DNA of 63,047 bases, counting the filler, from Olpidium bornovanus S191 (taxonomy: Eukaryota; Fungi; Olpidiomycota), in the NCBI GenBank assembly GCA_017911155.1. It is 28 parts of 28 records of this genome, joined end to end, with 100 filler letters (N's around TTAATTAATTAA, not from the genome) between each part and the next. Parts side by side here need not be neighbours in the genome. Positions count along the whole stretch, not along the records: positions 1 to 6,271 come from JAEFCI010004055.1; positions 6,372 to 9,201 come from JAEFCI010011710.1; positions 9,302 to 11,802 come from JAEFCI010006942.1; positions 11,903 to 13,428 come from JAEFCI010009294.1; 24 more parts are not named here. The stretch is one strand, 5' to 3'. Numbering within the stretch: position 1 is the stretch's first letter; the number at the start of each line of letters is the position of its first letter. Both the position numbers and the translations under genes were made by a program. Positions 1 to 11,985 of the stretch are shown in pieces. The notes below the pieces were generated by a model. The model was not told the DNA's origin. It saw only the letters and a list, made by a program, of their open reading frames with translations, and searched no databases.

Positions 1-581
1 CGGCGGAAAAATGTGGCGCACGGGGTCACCCCCTTTCCGCCCCCCCCCCCCCCCCCCCCCCACCTCCATCCCCCGCTCCCCGACCGACCGCGCGCCGCTG
101 ATTGGCGCCCGCATTGGAAAAAGCTTGACGCCGAGCGCAGAATCGTTTACCGACTGGGCCGCCCTTGACGTTTACTCGACGGGGCGACGCTGTTTTCCCT
201 TTGTCCTTTCTTTTCTTTTTCACCCGGTAAGAAACGTCCGAGAAACGCCGCGCGGCCGTCAAAGCGGTTTGGGTGCTGCCGCGCGATCGCGATTGCCGTC
301 GCTGTCGCGCGCGTCGTCTCCCGCGGCGAGGTGACATCACAGCCACGCCGCTCTCGCGCGCTCGCGGCGCGAACACGGGGCGCCGTATGATATTCCCTGC
401 CCCGGCGCGCGCGCCACACCCCCGCCCACGCCGCCATCCTTCAACGGAAATAAGACCCAAAAAAAAATAAAAAAAAAACGCCGCGTGACCCGGAGCCTGC
501 GAGTGCAAAAAAGGGAACAAAAACACAAAACCTCTCCCCCGGCGACGGAAAGGGATAAAAGGAGGAGGAAGCGAGCCCGCG

Positions 582-1181
582 ATGGCTGAAAACGAGATCC
601 CGATGGCTGACTCCGACGGGGTAGCCGCAGCCATCGCAGCAGCGGCGGCCGACGCGGCGGCTGTCGCCGACGCGGTCGCCGATACGGTCGCTGCGGCCGA
701 CGCCGCCGCTGCGACCGATCCCGCCGCTCCTCCCGCCGGTCAGCTCATCGACGAGCAGCAGCAGCAGCAGCAGCAGCACGCGCAGCAGCTGGATCAACAG
801 CCGGAGCCGGACAAGGAGCAGCTGCGTCAGCAGCCGGCCGCTGAAGACGCCGGCCGATCGCCGCCGCCGCCTCCGAACGCCACAGCCCGGAAGCGCCGCG
901 CTCGCAAGCTGGCCGTGGCGAAAGAGGGAGACGGCGCCGGCAAGCCGCCGGCCAGAAAGAAGCGGGAGGCGAAACCGAAAGCCGAGGAGGGAGGAGGAGA
1001 GCAAGGGGGACGAGAAGAGCAGGGCGCGGCGAAAGAAAAGGTCGTCGGGTGGACCGTCGAGCAGAAGAGGCTCCTCGCGGACCACCTGGCTTTTTCGGTG
1101 AACCTCAAGAGCGGCAGTCGCGACGTCGCGAAGCCCCTCGGGAAGACCCCGGCCGCCGTGTCGGTGTTTGTTCAATGGTAA
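582..1181 (+). CDS. First exon of a low-complexity nuclear protein with a possible Myb/SANT-like helix-turn-helix
   Basis: ATG at 582 follows a GC-rich promoter with CCAAT-like ATTGG boxes. The protein has Ala/Asp, poly-Q and basic segments, then GWTVEQKRLL...GKTPAAV (Myb-like W-T-x-E-x-x-x-L-L). A likely GT donor near 1178 precedes a T-rich intron. Downstream exons are unresolved. Confidence 0.5.
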   Translation: MAENEIPMADSDGVAAAIAAAAADAAAVADAVADTVAAADAAAATDPAAPPAGQLIDEQQQQQQQHAQQLDQQPEPDKEQLRQQPAAEDAGRSPPPPPNATARKRRARKLAVAKEGDGAGKPPARKKREAKPKAEEGGGEQGGREEQGAAKEKVVGWTVEQKRLLADHLAFSVNLKSGSRDVAKPLGKTPAAVSVFVQW

Positions 1182-2347
1182 AACTTTCCTTCCCCTCTTT
1201 TTCGTCTGTTCTCCCTTTCTCAACTTTTCTTATTTTTCCCCTTATTTTTTTTATTTTTTTCTTTTTTCTCTTTCTTTCTTCTTTTCTTTTTTTGTTATTC
1301 TTTTTTTCCTTTTTTTATCTTTCCTGTTTCTTTCATTTTTCGTTTTTTTTTCTATTCTTCTTTGTTTGCTTTTACCACTTTTCTACTGTTCTTTTTCTCT
1401 CTTGGAAGAAAACCGTTGCGGGAGGGAATCCTCGACGTCCTGCGTGGGAGGAAGGAGGTGTTATACAAGAAGGCTAAGACGGGGCTTTCCGTTCAAAAAA
1501 AAAAAACAAAACAAAAAAAAACTCATCGACCAGTCTGGCTGGAAAGGTCGAACAAGATTTCAGGACCGGCATTGGGCTCTAAAAACCGAAGTCGGCGCGG
1601 GGGACGTTGACAAATGGGGAAATCCTGCGTTCTCAAAACTTCGTCTTTTCGATTTTGCTTAGTGTAGATCAACGTACTCTCTGTTTTCATCGGCGAAGCG
1701 GGACCCGGACTTGTAATTTTGCTTTCCTTTTTTTTTCTTCTCAAAACGACGAACCGAAACGACGGATTGCCGGACTTCCCCTTGCTTGAAACTCGCGTCG
1801 AAATTTTGATACGCCATTTCCCAAGGGCAGCTCAGGCGGTACCAGTGGACGTTTTGAGTTGCGGTGCTTGGTCGAATGAATAACGGAGAAGGAGAGGAAC
1901 GGAGGGGGGAAGCGGAGTCATTTTGTGATCGAACGGGGGGCACGAGTTGCTCAAGCCGGGAACGCGGCGCAGGGCTGCCGATTGGGGCAGAGGCGCTGGG
2001 CCGCGTCGAACGCCGGGAGGACGATGTGCGGCCTCAACGGCGGCGAAATCACCGGCAGGCGCGCAAAAATCGTTGGGAAGTGACGGATCACAGTGCTGAG
2101 CCTTAGCGCGTCAATTTCGCCTTTTTTCTTAATAACGACGTCATTCTAACGGAAAAAGACGTCTTAGTTGCAGTAAGTAGGTCTTTCGTTCAAATCGCAC
2201 CTGTTCCGTTTTCTTTTTTGGTGTGATTCCGTCGCAACCTGCCTCCGTTCCAGGTGGTGCCTGAAACAAAAAAATAAAAAAATTATGTCGGCGGTTCTCG
2301 CGGCGATCTCCCTCGCGCGAAAAGTAATAAAAAAAAAGTCGCCGCGC

Positions 2348-2353
<6 letters not shown>

Positions 2354-2391
<38 letters not shown>
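2354..2391. repeat. (GT)n microsatellite
   Basis: Perfect TG/GT run. Similar (CA/GT)n and (CT/GA)n tracts occur at about 2550-2582, 6504-6572, 9590-9618, 29177-29201, 35980-36012, 43500-43545 and 46912-46950. Confidence 0.95.
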
Positions 2392-2394
<3 letters not shown>

Positions 2395-3230
2395 AGGGTG
2401 GAGGAGAAGGCGGTCCTCGTTTGAAACTTGCGAAGCCGCTTGCCCGCTTTCGAGCCTGTCCGGGACGTTCGTTTCCGGCTCGGGGCTTGTTTCTCGCGTG
2501 AGCGGCGACGTCCCGCGCGAGTGCAGGCTGGTGAGCGCTCCGGACGTCCCTCTCTCTCTCTCCCTCTCCCTCTCTCTCTCTCCCTCTTTTCGCTCCTTTC
2601 TTCTCCTTCTTCTTCTCGTCGGTCGCACCTGTCTCGAAAAGGCGCGCGGGGCGTGGGTCCTTTCCCCTCCCCGCTCCTCTCCGCCTCGAGCGACAAACGC
2701 GGACCGGGGAAACGCGGGCAAGGAAGCGGTGCCGTGAGGTCGTTCTTTTTTCGTTTTCGACCACCTGTCGCTGACAAAAGCAACAAAAAAAAAGGCGCCC
2801 GCAGGTGGCGCCGCAGTTGTGGCCGCGCCCGGCGACGCGCGGAGAAACATAAAGGCGGCCGGCGCCGCCCCGCCCCCCCTCCGCTCGGAACGATCGACCT
2901 CGTCCCCCTTGACCCCCCGCCGCCGTCTTTCTCCCTCCCTTTCTCCCTTTTTTTTTGGCCGCGTTTGTGACGACGACGAAAAAACCCAGGGGGGGGGGGG
3001 GAAAGGAAGAGGAGAAGGAACGCCGAGGTCCGCCTGGCTGGTCTCTCGGGCTGAGTTTTTTTTTTCGCGGCATTGATCTCGCCCGGGCCCGAAAACTCTC
3101 GACCTCCCGGCTCGTCCTCGCCGGGTCCGGGGAAGCTCTCTGACTCTTGTCTCTTTCTCTCTTTTTTGCTACCTCTGTCGCTTTCGGTTTTGCGCGCTCG
3201 CCTGTGGCAAAGTTGGCCTGCCAGCCCGGG

Positions 3231-3283
3231 GTCACGTGACCGTCACGTCCAGTGGGAAGTCGCTTGGCGAGCGGTCACGTGAC
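3231..3283. promoter_or_regulatory. Pair of palindromic GTCACGTGAC E-boxes (bHLH-ZIP site of the Cbf1/USF/TFE type)
   Basis: Exact GTCACGTGAC at 3231-3240 and 3274-3283. The motif recurs in other intergenic regions (see findings). Confidence 0.55.
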
Positions 3284-4264
3284 ACTTTGCCCGGGAACAA
3301 GCAGCGTTTCCGCCGCACACAACCACCCCTCTCCGCCCTTCCGTCGTCTCCCAAACGGTGGTCAACGTGGGAGGATCTCGGCTGTTGCATCGAAATTATT
3401 GCGCTGGCGACAGAGCCAAGGCACGTTTTTTTTTTTTTTCGGAAAAACGCTGCAAAGCGTTACGAAAATGTCTTCTTTCTCGACCGGGTCTCGGCAGCGG
3501 AACTCCCGTCGAGCGAAGAATCTTGATCACGCGACCGTCGAGGGTGATAACCACGAGAAGCCCGTTGACACCTGGAGTGTATGTTGTAGGTAGGTTTGGA
3601 CTAGCAAAAGGGATTTTTTGGGGATACAGGGCTATATCAACAGAGGGTCGCGGACCTGCGATTTTCCAGATCAGCAATAGAAGTAGGGGGCCGGCTTCAA
3701 CTCCTTTGCCCGGGGAGCGGACTTGCTGACTCTTTTTTTTACCGGAACAATAATGATATATTTAGTAACATAAATAAATAACATATCATGTACTATTGGC
3801 ACACTTTAGTGTAAACTACTGTACGGATAGGCTATGGTGATTTTATATAATACAATATATGGTAATATGATACAAATCAAACTCTTTCGCTTTCTTTTCT
3901 CTCATAAAAACACGGGGTGAAATTGCTTAACACGATCGGGTTGTTGGTCATGCCCGCCAACCTTTTTCCAACCTCGTCGATTCCAACGGCCCGCCCGGAT
4001 CGCGCGGGGTGGACCGCGCGGCGACTCCTCCATCGGCTTGTGAACCGTTTCCGACGCTGCGGCGCCAGAAGACGGGTGGTCGGTCGGCCCGGCTTGCGCT
4101 CGCTGGCGCTTTTCTTCCTTTTCCCTGCGCCGGAACAGCTTTCTGAGCTTGGCGAGAAGCCCGGGGAATTTGGTCTTTTTCTTGGTTTCCCCGCGGCGCC
4201 TCCTTCTCCGCCACCTCCAGGCCCGGCCCGGCGGACTTCTGAGGACCGGGCAAGACGTTCGTCC

Positions 4265-4685
4265 GGGTCGTCTGCCTCCGTCGCGACCGAGGATGCCGCA
4301 CCTTCCTGCAGATTCTCGGCGGGCGCGGGGGAGCGAGTCGGCCGTTCGCCGCCGTCGGCGCCGTGCAGCGTCTGCGAAGACCCCCGACGGGGCCGCTCCT
4401 CCGGATCGTCTGCCTCCGTCGCGGCCGAAGATGCTGTACACTTCCTGCAGGTTCTCGGCGGGCGCGGGGGGAACGAGTTCCGGCCGTTCGCCGCCGTCGG
4501 CGCCGTGCAGCGTCTGGGAAGAACCGCCCCGAGGGGCCGCTCCTCCGTGTCGTGTGCCTCCGTCGCGGCCAAGGATGCCGGACCTTCCTGCAGGTTTTCG
4601 GCGGGCGCGGGGGAGCGAGTCGGCCGTTCGCCGCCGTCGGCGCCGTGCAGCGTCTGGGAAGAACCCCCGACGGGGCCGCTCCTCC
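4265..4685. repeat. Three degenerate tandem copies of a 138-144 bp GC-rich unit
   Basis: Copies start at 4265, 4403 and 4547 (138, 144 and 139 bp). Shared core: TGCCTCCGTCGCG...CTTCCTGCAG...GGCCGTTCGCCGCCGTCGGCGCCGTGCAGCGTCTG...GGGGCCGCTCCTCC. Confidence 0.9.
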
Positions 4686-5494
4686 GCGGGCTCCGGGCGG
4701 GCCCCGCCGCCCTTCAACCGCGGCCGTCGGCTTTTGCCGCTGTCCACCCCCGCTTGAGGAGCAGCAGCAGCGGGGGGACGGGGTTCCCGTCACGGGATTT
4801 GCGATCTCCGCGCTTTCTCAAGAGCGGCGCTCGACCCGATTCGCCGCCGACTCATCCCGGGGGGTGAACCGAGGGCGGTTGTTGCGGTGAAGGACGAGGG
4901 CACGTTTGAGCGACATGCCGTGCAGGAAACTGCGTCGTGATCGCCTTCGTCGTGTCCAGCGGAGAAGAGGCAGAGCCGGCGCGGGTTGCGTAACCGCAGC
5001 AGGGAGGGCGTTCTGGCTTTTCGGAAAAAATGGCCCATCGCACCGGGGGGCGCGGGCAGAGAACTTTGTGACGTCACGCGCACGCGATCTCCGGGCGCCC
5101 ATGACAACTCGGCTCGCCCCGCGTCCTCCTTTTCCCCCTTCCCCCGTCCCCGCCCCCGCACTCACCCGCGCACCCGGCCGGAATACCAGATTCAGAGCGC
5201 CGCAGGAAGGCGTCCGACGCTCGACGGCAACAGGAAGGGCAAGCAGCGGAAGGGCGCCGCAGGAAGACGAGGAGGCACCTGCCCGCTCGGGGTTGGGTTT
5301 GGAACAGAAAGTGGGGCCCTGGGAAGTGTTCAAGTGTCTAATTGTGGTGCGCTGGACGCCGTTTCGGGTCGTGCCCGAAGGAGGGTCTGTCGAACGAAAA
5401 GGCGGCGACCGGCTGATAAGCAAGCAAAGGCGAAAGCGCAGCCGGCGAGAGGGCCGGCGAGGTGCCTAGCAGGGCAAAGAAGGACGAGAACGGG

Positions 5495-5690
5495 AGGAGA
5501 GGAGCAGGGCGAAGGAAGAGGCCGAGAAGCAGGGCGAAGGCAGGAGCAGAGAAGGACGAGGAGCAGGGCGAAGGAAGAAGCCGAGAAGAACGAGGCGCAG
5601 GGCGAAGGAAGGAGCCGAGAAGAACAAGGCGCGCAAGGCGAAGGAAGGAACCACGAAGAACGAGGAGCCCGGCGGGCCGGGGAGGCAGAG
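5495..5690. repeat. Degenerate purine-rich tandem repeat of about 30 bp
   Basis: Recurring GAGCAGGGCGAAGGAAG(A/G)AGCCGAGAAGAAC variants. Confidence 0.7.
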
Positions 5691-6271
5691 CAGGTGAGCC
5701 GCGTTTTGGGCGACGGTGGCGCCGGGGGAAAGAAGCGGGGGTGGGAGGGGAGCAAAGCGAACAGAGCGCAGGGCGGTTCTGTTCTATGGTTTTCCCGCCC
5801 GGCAGGCGCAGGTGGACACGTGACCGGCAAGCCGACCCTTTTCCGCCCCCTTTCCCCCCCTTTTTCCCCGTCCCCCCCCCCCCCCCCCCCCCCCCCCCTT
5901 CCCCCCCCCCCCCCCCCCATTTTTCCTTTGCGCCCTGCGGACCAGGCGGCAGGAGGGGCCGACCGAGCAAAAGGAGGGGTGCATCCGCAGTCCGCAGCAG
6001 CTGCCCCTTCTGCTGTTTTTGGCAGGTTTTCTGTTTCTTTTTTTCCGCCGTGGCATGACGGATAGGAACCAAGGGGCTCCATTTTTCCACCCGTTCTCTT
6101 CCGCCACAACAAACAAACAAACCAATAAAAAAATTTGTCCCCCCTCCCCCAGCCCAGGTGCCCCCCCTCCCCCTTTGTCCCACCGGACTGAAAGCGGAGA
6201 GGGAAGGGGGCATTTGGAAACCAAAAGAAAAGACAAAAATGGAAAACAAAAACAAACATGCTTCCCCCCCC

Positions 6272-6371
6272 NNNNNNNNNNNNNNNNNNNNNNNNNNNNN
6301 NNNNNNNNNNNNNNNTTAATTAATTAANNNNNNNNNNNNNNNNNNNNNNNNNNNNNNNNNNNNNNNNNNNN
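6272..6371. other. Artificial contig-joining spacer (first of 27)
   Basis: 44 N + TTAATTAATTAA (stops in all six frames) + 44 N. Identical 100-bp spacers start at 6272, 9202, 11803, 13429, 14705, 16265, 18841, 20327, 22371, 24256, 26421, 29686, 31058, 32955, 35331, 36603, 38404, 40331, 42019, 45003, 47789, 49999, 52395, 53688, 56333, 59312 and 60958. Confidence 0.99.
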
Positions 6372-6411
6372 CACGCCCACGCCCACGCCCACGCCCACGC
6401 CCACGCCCACG
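6372..6411. repeat. (CACGCC)n hexanucleotide repeat at a contig start
   Basis: About 7 copies are directly visible. Confidence 0.9.
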
Positions 6412-8362
6412 CGCCGGAATCCGACGGGGTGCAAAACAACCCCCCGCCCGGCACGCGACGTCACGTGACTGCGTTCCAAAAACGTCTGCTCCTCCGGCTC
6501 CCACACACACGCACACACACTCACACACTCACACACTCACACACCCGCACTCCCACGCGCACACGCACACGCACCCACCTCCGCGGCCCCGACGCCGAGC
6601 CCGGCTTGTGGGTGAGCCCGCGCGCGCCCAGGTCACGGCGGAGCGACAGCCGGGGGCAAATGCGGCAACGTCGGCAGGGCGATCCGACGAGCCCCGGGGT
6701 GAGTGTGTGGGGGAGGCGGGGGGGGGGGGAAGGGATCAAAATATCGCACTGCGCCGCCCCCGGGCGAAAAAGCCGGCAGGCCTGTCCCCGGCTCTGCAGG
6801 ACCGACGAACAGCGTCTCCTCTTAACGAGGAGAGCGCACCGCCCGCTTCCGTTTGCCCGGCATCTCGGGGTCTTTTCGGCGTCGATTGCTCCGGGGTGCC
6901 TGTGCCACTTTCGAGTCTGCATCCTGCCGGCACTGCCTCTGCGATTCTGGACCCTGGGCTCCCCCCGCCTCCGAAGTCCACAAGCGAGGTTCCTCCGCGC
7001 GAGAGACGCCGCCCTGCAGCTGGCGGTGGCGGATTCCTGCGAACGGCTCGAAGCCCTCCGAAAAAAAAGATGCTGCCGCGATTCTCACGCCGGAACCAAG
7101 GACGCCCGCGGATATTTGACGCAGGCGCGAACCACCTTGGTTTCCGCAAAGGTTAAAACACGTTCTTCTACCAATCCACCACGGTTTTTTTTTATCCTTA
7201 TTAGTTGCCGCGAGAGGTGAGCCGCTGCGCTGTACTGCACATAACTAACTTTTACAACGGCCAACAAGCGTTTCCCGACCAAGCGGTATAAACACGACAA
7301 AACCGGTCGGTGTAATGACATAACTTTGAAACCCCGCCCTTTCCTGCAAACCCTTCCCGGGGCCCAAGTGACCTGTCCAGGGTTCCTTTTAGGACCGTGA
7401 CGTTTGATTCACGTTTTTGTACGGCGTTCTTTGTGTCGCGCCTGTGAGGCGGTTCGGGCGCGGCCAGAATCGCCTCATCCGCGCAAACTCGGCGCACGGG
7501 CCTTAAGACTGCTAGGCGGACTTTTCCTCAGGTAAAAAGGCGACCTCGAAGAGCTCGGGCCACGCCCGAAGACCACTGCACACTTACGCAAATTGCCCGG
7601 AACCCTCTCACACCCCCCCTTCGCCTCCAACAGGTTCCTGAGGTGACGTTGTAAGAGGCCAGCGGGGAACTCTTTGAGGTCGGACCCAGCGAGTGACAAC
7701 TAACTGTCTGTGCCGTAAGCAGTTTTCCTGCCGCAAATCCCCGCTCGGGCTTCAGATGATTCCGCCCGTCCAAACCGCGCCTCCAAAACGTTGTTATTAT
7801 TCACGGCGCCTACCAAGTAAATCCGAACACGTGTTTCGGAACAGACGGTGCAAAACATTTTTTTTTCGAAACCGGGATGCGAAATACGCCCCCTAAAACC
7901 TCCAGTATTTTCGAATTTTACGACCTCCCGTCCAATTCTACTTTCCCGGAAGGGGAAAAAGGGCGGCTCACCCCTCGTCAATCCCGGCGTCTCGTTTCCT
8001 CGGCAGGACGGGGTTCGAAGTCAGCCGGAGGCACCTGGCCCGATATCGACAGCCGCTGGAACGGGGTGACGTTCGCGGACGGCGACCTGACGAGCTTGCC
8101 TGCGGTACAGCCGCACCAAGGAGCGACGGGCAGCGTTGCGGAGAAAGGTGGGAAACGCCGGAGAGTTTAGAAGCATCGATGAGTTCACCACATCAATTGG
8201 GTGTCGCCGCCGAAAGCGGAAAAAAATCTTTGCTTCCCGAAAGCAGAAGACGGAGCGAGATTAAAAGTAGGCAAAGTTCCAGTACAGCGCGGCAACAACA
8301 AAAAAAAATAATACGAGGAGATGTGGTACAATTCGAGTGGTGTGCTCCAAGCGCGGGCCAAT

Positions 8363-9201
8363 TCAGAATTGCTCCCAGGGGTTGCCACGACTACAGTGTT
8401 TACCGATCAAGAGCGCCGAGCCAAAGCAGATAGCGGGCTGATCCCCTGCGCCGGAATCGGACACGCTCGCTTCCTCTGCTTCGGGAGAGGGACTCAGGTC
8501 GACCAGCGGCGCGGCAGCCGTCTCGGAGACGGTCAGGCATCTTGTAAGGGGCGATGAGAGGGCGGTCCGCGACTGCGGGTGCCGCGGGCCGGCGTCTTCG
8601 TCATCTGGCGAAAGTCGAAGACTCTTCGACGCCGACTCGTCGGACATCGAGTGGCGCTCGCAGCTGTGTGGCGACGAGAACGTTGCCGGCGCAGGATCCT
8701 CGGAAGAGCGTCCGGAGCTGGACGCCGACGCCGTTCTCGGAAATAATGAACCGGCCGTACCGGAATCGCTGGTCTCTAAAGCGCGTTTTGTCGACAACAG
8801 GGTCGCCGGCACACTGGCGACGACCTGGACGGCGGGCGCAGCTCCCGCAGGCGGCACCGCCGCCGCGCAGACAACCGCCTTCCCCGCGACTGATACGGCA
8901 GTTGCGTTGCCCTCAGGATTGCCAGCCGCCGTCGCCTGCGTGATTCCAGTACCAGTTGCCGTATCCATGCTATCCGCGGCCGCAATCCGGCCATCTGCCA
9001 AGTTGTCCGGCTCCATTTCTGCCTGCGTCCGCGCCGGCGCGGCCGTCACTTCTCTCCGGAGCAACCGCCTCAGCTCCTCGGCATGCGGCCCCCTTGCGAG
9101 TTGCCAAGGTGATTTCTTGAGGCCGTTCTCCACCCCTCCCGAGGCCACCCCTTTGCGCAGCAGCGCGTTCACGATATCCAGGTCACCCAAGAAGGCTGCC
9201 A
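8363..9201 (-). CDS. Ankyrin-repeat protein, 5'-partial, with a disordered Ala/Ser/Pro-rich tail
   Basis: The frame is open at the contig edge: AAFLGDLDIVNALLRKGVA...ENGLKKSPWQLAR, matching the C-terminal half of an ankyrin repeat. The 3' end may be spliced. Confidence 0.65.
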
Positions 9202-9587
9202 NNNNNNNNNNNNNNNNNNNNNNNNNNNNNNNNNNNNNNNNNNNNTTAATTAATTAANNNNNNNNNNNNNNNNNNNNNNNNNNNNNNNNNNNNNNNNNNN
9301 NAGATCAGCAGGCCTGGCGCAGGGCCGACGAGGGTTGCGGGCGGAAGTTGGGTCCGGCTTTTTCCTTCCCGGCGCCGTTGGAACGTTAGAGCCGGACAGT
9401 GCCGCCTTTGCCTCATCCGCCCTCCCCCCCTTCCCCCTTCCTTCCCCGCCGCCGCCGCCGCCGCCCCCTCCCGCCCGCCACCCCCGCCGCCCGCGCTGCA
9501 GCAAAACGAGAGCGAGACGGAGGACGAAACCGCGCAGGCGAGCGGAAGCGCGCCGCTCTCTTTCACACACTCTCTCTCTTTTTCGCC

Positions 9588-9619
<32 letters not shown>

Positions 9620-9745
9620 GGGCGCACTCGGCACCCGCGCCATAACCCCTCCTCCTTCCGCGCGACTTCGCACCCCCGTCCGTTCGCCCCCCCGCGGCGT
9701 GTACTCTTCTGTTCCCCACGAAGCGGCGTCGTCATCGTCATCATC

Positions 9746-11802
9746 ATGGCGGACGGCGAAGGAGCGGCGCGCGGCGCCGCGTTTGAGACCACCTTCGTCC
9801 TCGGCAGGCCTTCCCTCCTCACCGGGTACGGCCTCGTGGGGAAGGGAGGCTGCTTCGCGAGGGACGTGCTGGCGAACGTTCCCGCGTCCACCTACGTTGT
9901 CTTCACCGACGCCAACCTCGCGGACCTGGGCCACCTGGAGAGCTTGGTGCGCTCGCTGCGCGAGGAGAGCGCCGCCGTGCGCGCAGCCGGCGAGCCGGAG
10001 CCCAGGGTCCTGGAGTACGTCCTTCCGCCCGGAGAGGAGTCCAAGTCGCGCAGGGCGAAAGAGGAGTGCGAGGACTTCCTCCTCGCCAGCGCCTGCTCCC
10101 GCGACACGTGCCTCGTCGCCCTCGGCGGAGGCGTCGTCGGGGACCTCGTCGGCTTTGTCGCCGCGACGTTCATGCGCGGGGTCAGATACGTTCAGGTCCC
10201 CACCACGCTGCTCGCGATGGTCGACTCGGCCATCGGAGGAAAGACCGCCGTCGACACCCCGCGCGGCAAAAACCTCATCGGCGCGTTCTGGCAGCCGGAG
10301 AGGATTTTCGCCGACCTGTCCTTCCTGAAGACGCTGCCGCCTCGAGAGTCTGCCAACGGCATGGCGGAGGGGATCAAGACCGCCGCGTTTTGGGATGAGA
10401 AGATGTTCACCACTTTGGAGTCGGAGGTCGAGTCTATTACCGAAGGTACGTTTTGCTCGCCTCTTCCCCGCGCGCGCGTTCGTTCCCCTCGGTAAAAAAT
10501 CGTCAGCGATCTGGAAGATTTCGCTCGCGCCGCGAATGTCGATATACGACGCGGGCGCGTTTGCCCGGGCGTCGGGATTCGTCTGCGACTTCCGCTCGCC
10601 CCCGTTTGGCCGGCCTTGAACGTGCGACGCTCCAGGGTTGCTGACCGCGGCGGTCTGACGGCGTCTTGCAGGGGCCACGTCGGACGACGCCTCCTGCCGG
10701 AAACTGTTGCACGATGTCATTCTCGCCGCGGCGCGCGTCAAGGCGCACGTGGTAACGGTCGACGAGCGCGAAACCGGACTGCGCGGTCTTCTGAACTTTG
10801 GCCACACTGTCGGTCACGCGTACGAGGCGCTGTTGTTCCCCGCCCTCCTGCACGGCGAATGCGTCAGCATCGGCATGGTCAAGGAGGCGGAGATCGCCCG
10901 CAGACTCGGGCACCTCCACCAGGCCGCCGTCAGCCGGCTTGTCAGGTGCCTGCGGGCGTACGGCCTGCCCGTGACCATCGATGACGAGCGCGTCGCCGGC
11001 CTCACTGGCGGCAAGCGCTGCGCAGTGGAGGACCTCATGCGCACGATGGACGTGGACAAGAAGAATTGCGGCAGCAGGAAAAAGGTTGTCCTCCTCGCGG
11101 GCATCGGCAAGACGGTGGAGCAGCGGGCGAGTTTCGTGCCCGACGACTGTATCCGAAACGTCCTTTCGCCTGCCGTGGTGGTCCGTCCGCCCTCGACCTC
11201 GGAACGGCCCCGCCCGCCGGACGTCGTGATCTGCACCCCGGGCAGCAAATCCGTTTCCAACCGCGCCCTCTTGCTCGCCTCGCTCGGAACAGGAACCTGC
11301 AGGCTGAAGGGCCTGCTTCACTCCGACGACACGCAGGTGATGCTGGACGCCCTGCGCAGGCTGGGCGGCAGTTCGTACTCGTGGGAAGACGGCGGCGACA
11401 CCCTGGTGGTGACGGGCTGCGGGGGCAAGTTCCACGTGCCGGACCGCGAGCTTTATCTCGGCAACGCCGGAACCGCGGCGCGGTTTGTCACCACCGTGTG
11501 CGCGCTTGTCGAGCCGGCGCCGGCGGGTTCGCTGCACACCGCCACGGTTCTCACCGGGAACGCCAGGATGAAGCAGCGGCCGATCGGGCCGCTGGTCGAC
11601 GCGCTGCGCGAGAACGGCCAGCAGGTGGAATACCTGCAGTCCGAGTCGTGTCTCCCCATCCGGGTGATCCCCTCGCACCAGGGCCTCGCCGGAGGAGAAA
11701 TCCGCCTCGAGGCGTCGATCAGCTCGCAGTACGTCTCCAGCATCCTGATGTGCGCCCCGTACGCCCGCGAAAGCGTGGTGCTGCGGCTCGTCGGGGGCGC
11801 GG
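9746..11802 (+). CDS. ARO1: Pentafunctional AROM protein (DHQ synthase + N-terminal EPSP synthase), 3'-partial
   Basis: Exon 1 is 9746-10445 and exon 2 starts at 10672, across a phase-1 GT-AG intron at 10446-10671. Motifs: GGGVVGDLVGFVAATFMRG, PTTLLAMVDSAIGGKTA, GLLNFGHT, then in-frame PGSKSVSNRALLLA, YLGNAGTAARF, RMKQRPIGPLVDAL and SSQYVSSILM. Confidence 0.97.
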
Positions 11803-11985
11803 NNNNNNNNNNNNNNNNNNNNNNNNNNNNNNNNNNNNNNNNNNNNTTAATTAATTAANNNNNNNNNNNNNNNNNNNNNNNNNNNNNNNNNNNNNNNNNN
11901 NNCATGCAGAAGAACGGTTAGTTGACGCCGCCAACGGGGGCGAACCCGTGGCCTGATGTACAGCCATTTTTCCACCCAAATTCCT

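Noticed and set aside
9746-11802. Bacterial aroB-aroA operon or horizontal transfer
   Set aside because: It is a single fused frame with a spliceosomal intron, which is the normal fungal AROM architecture.
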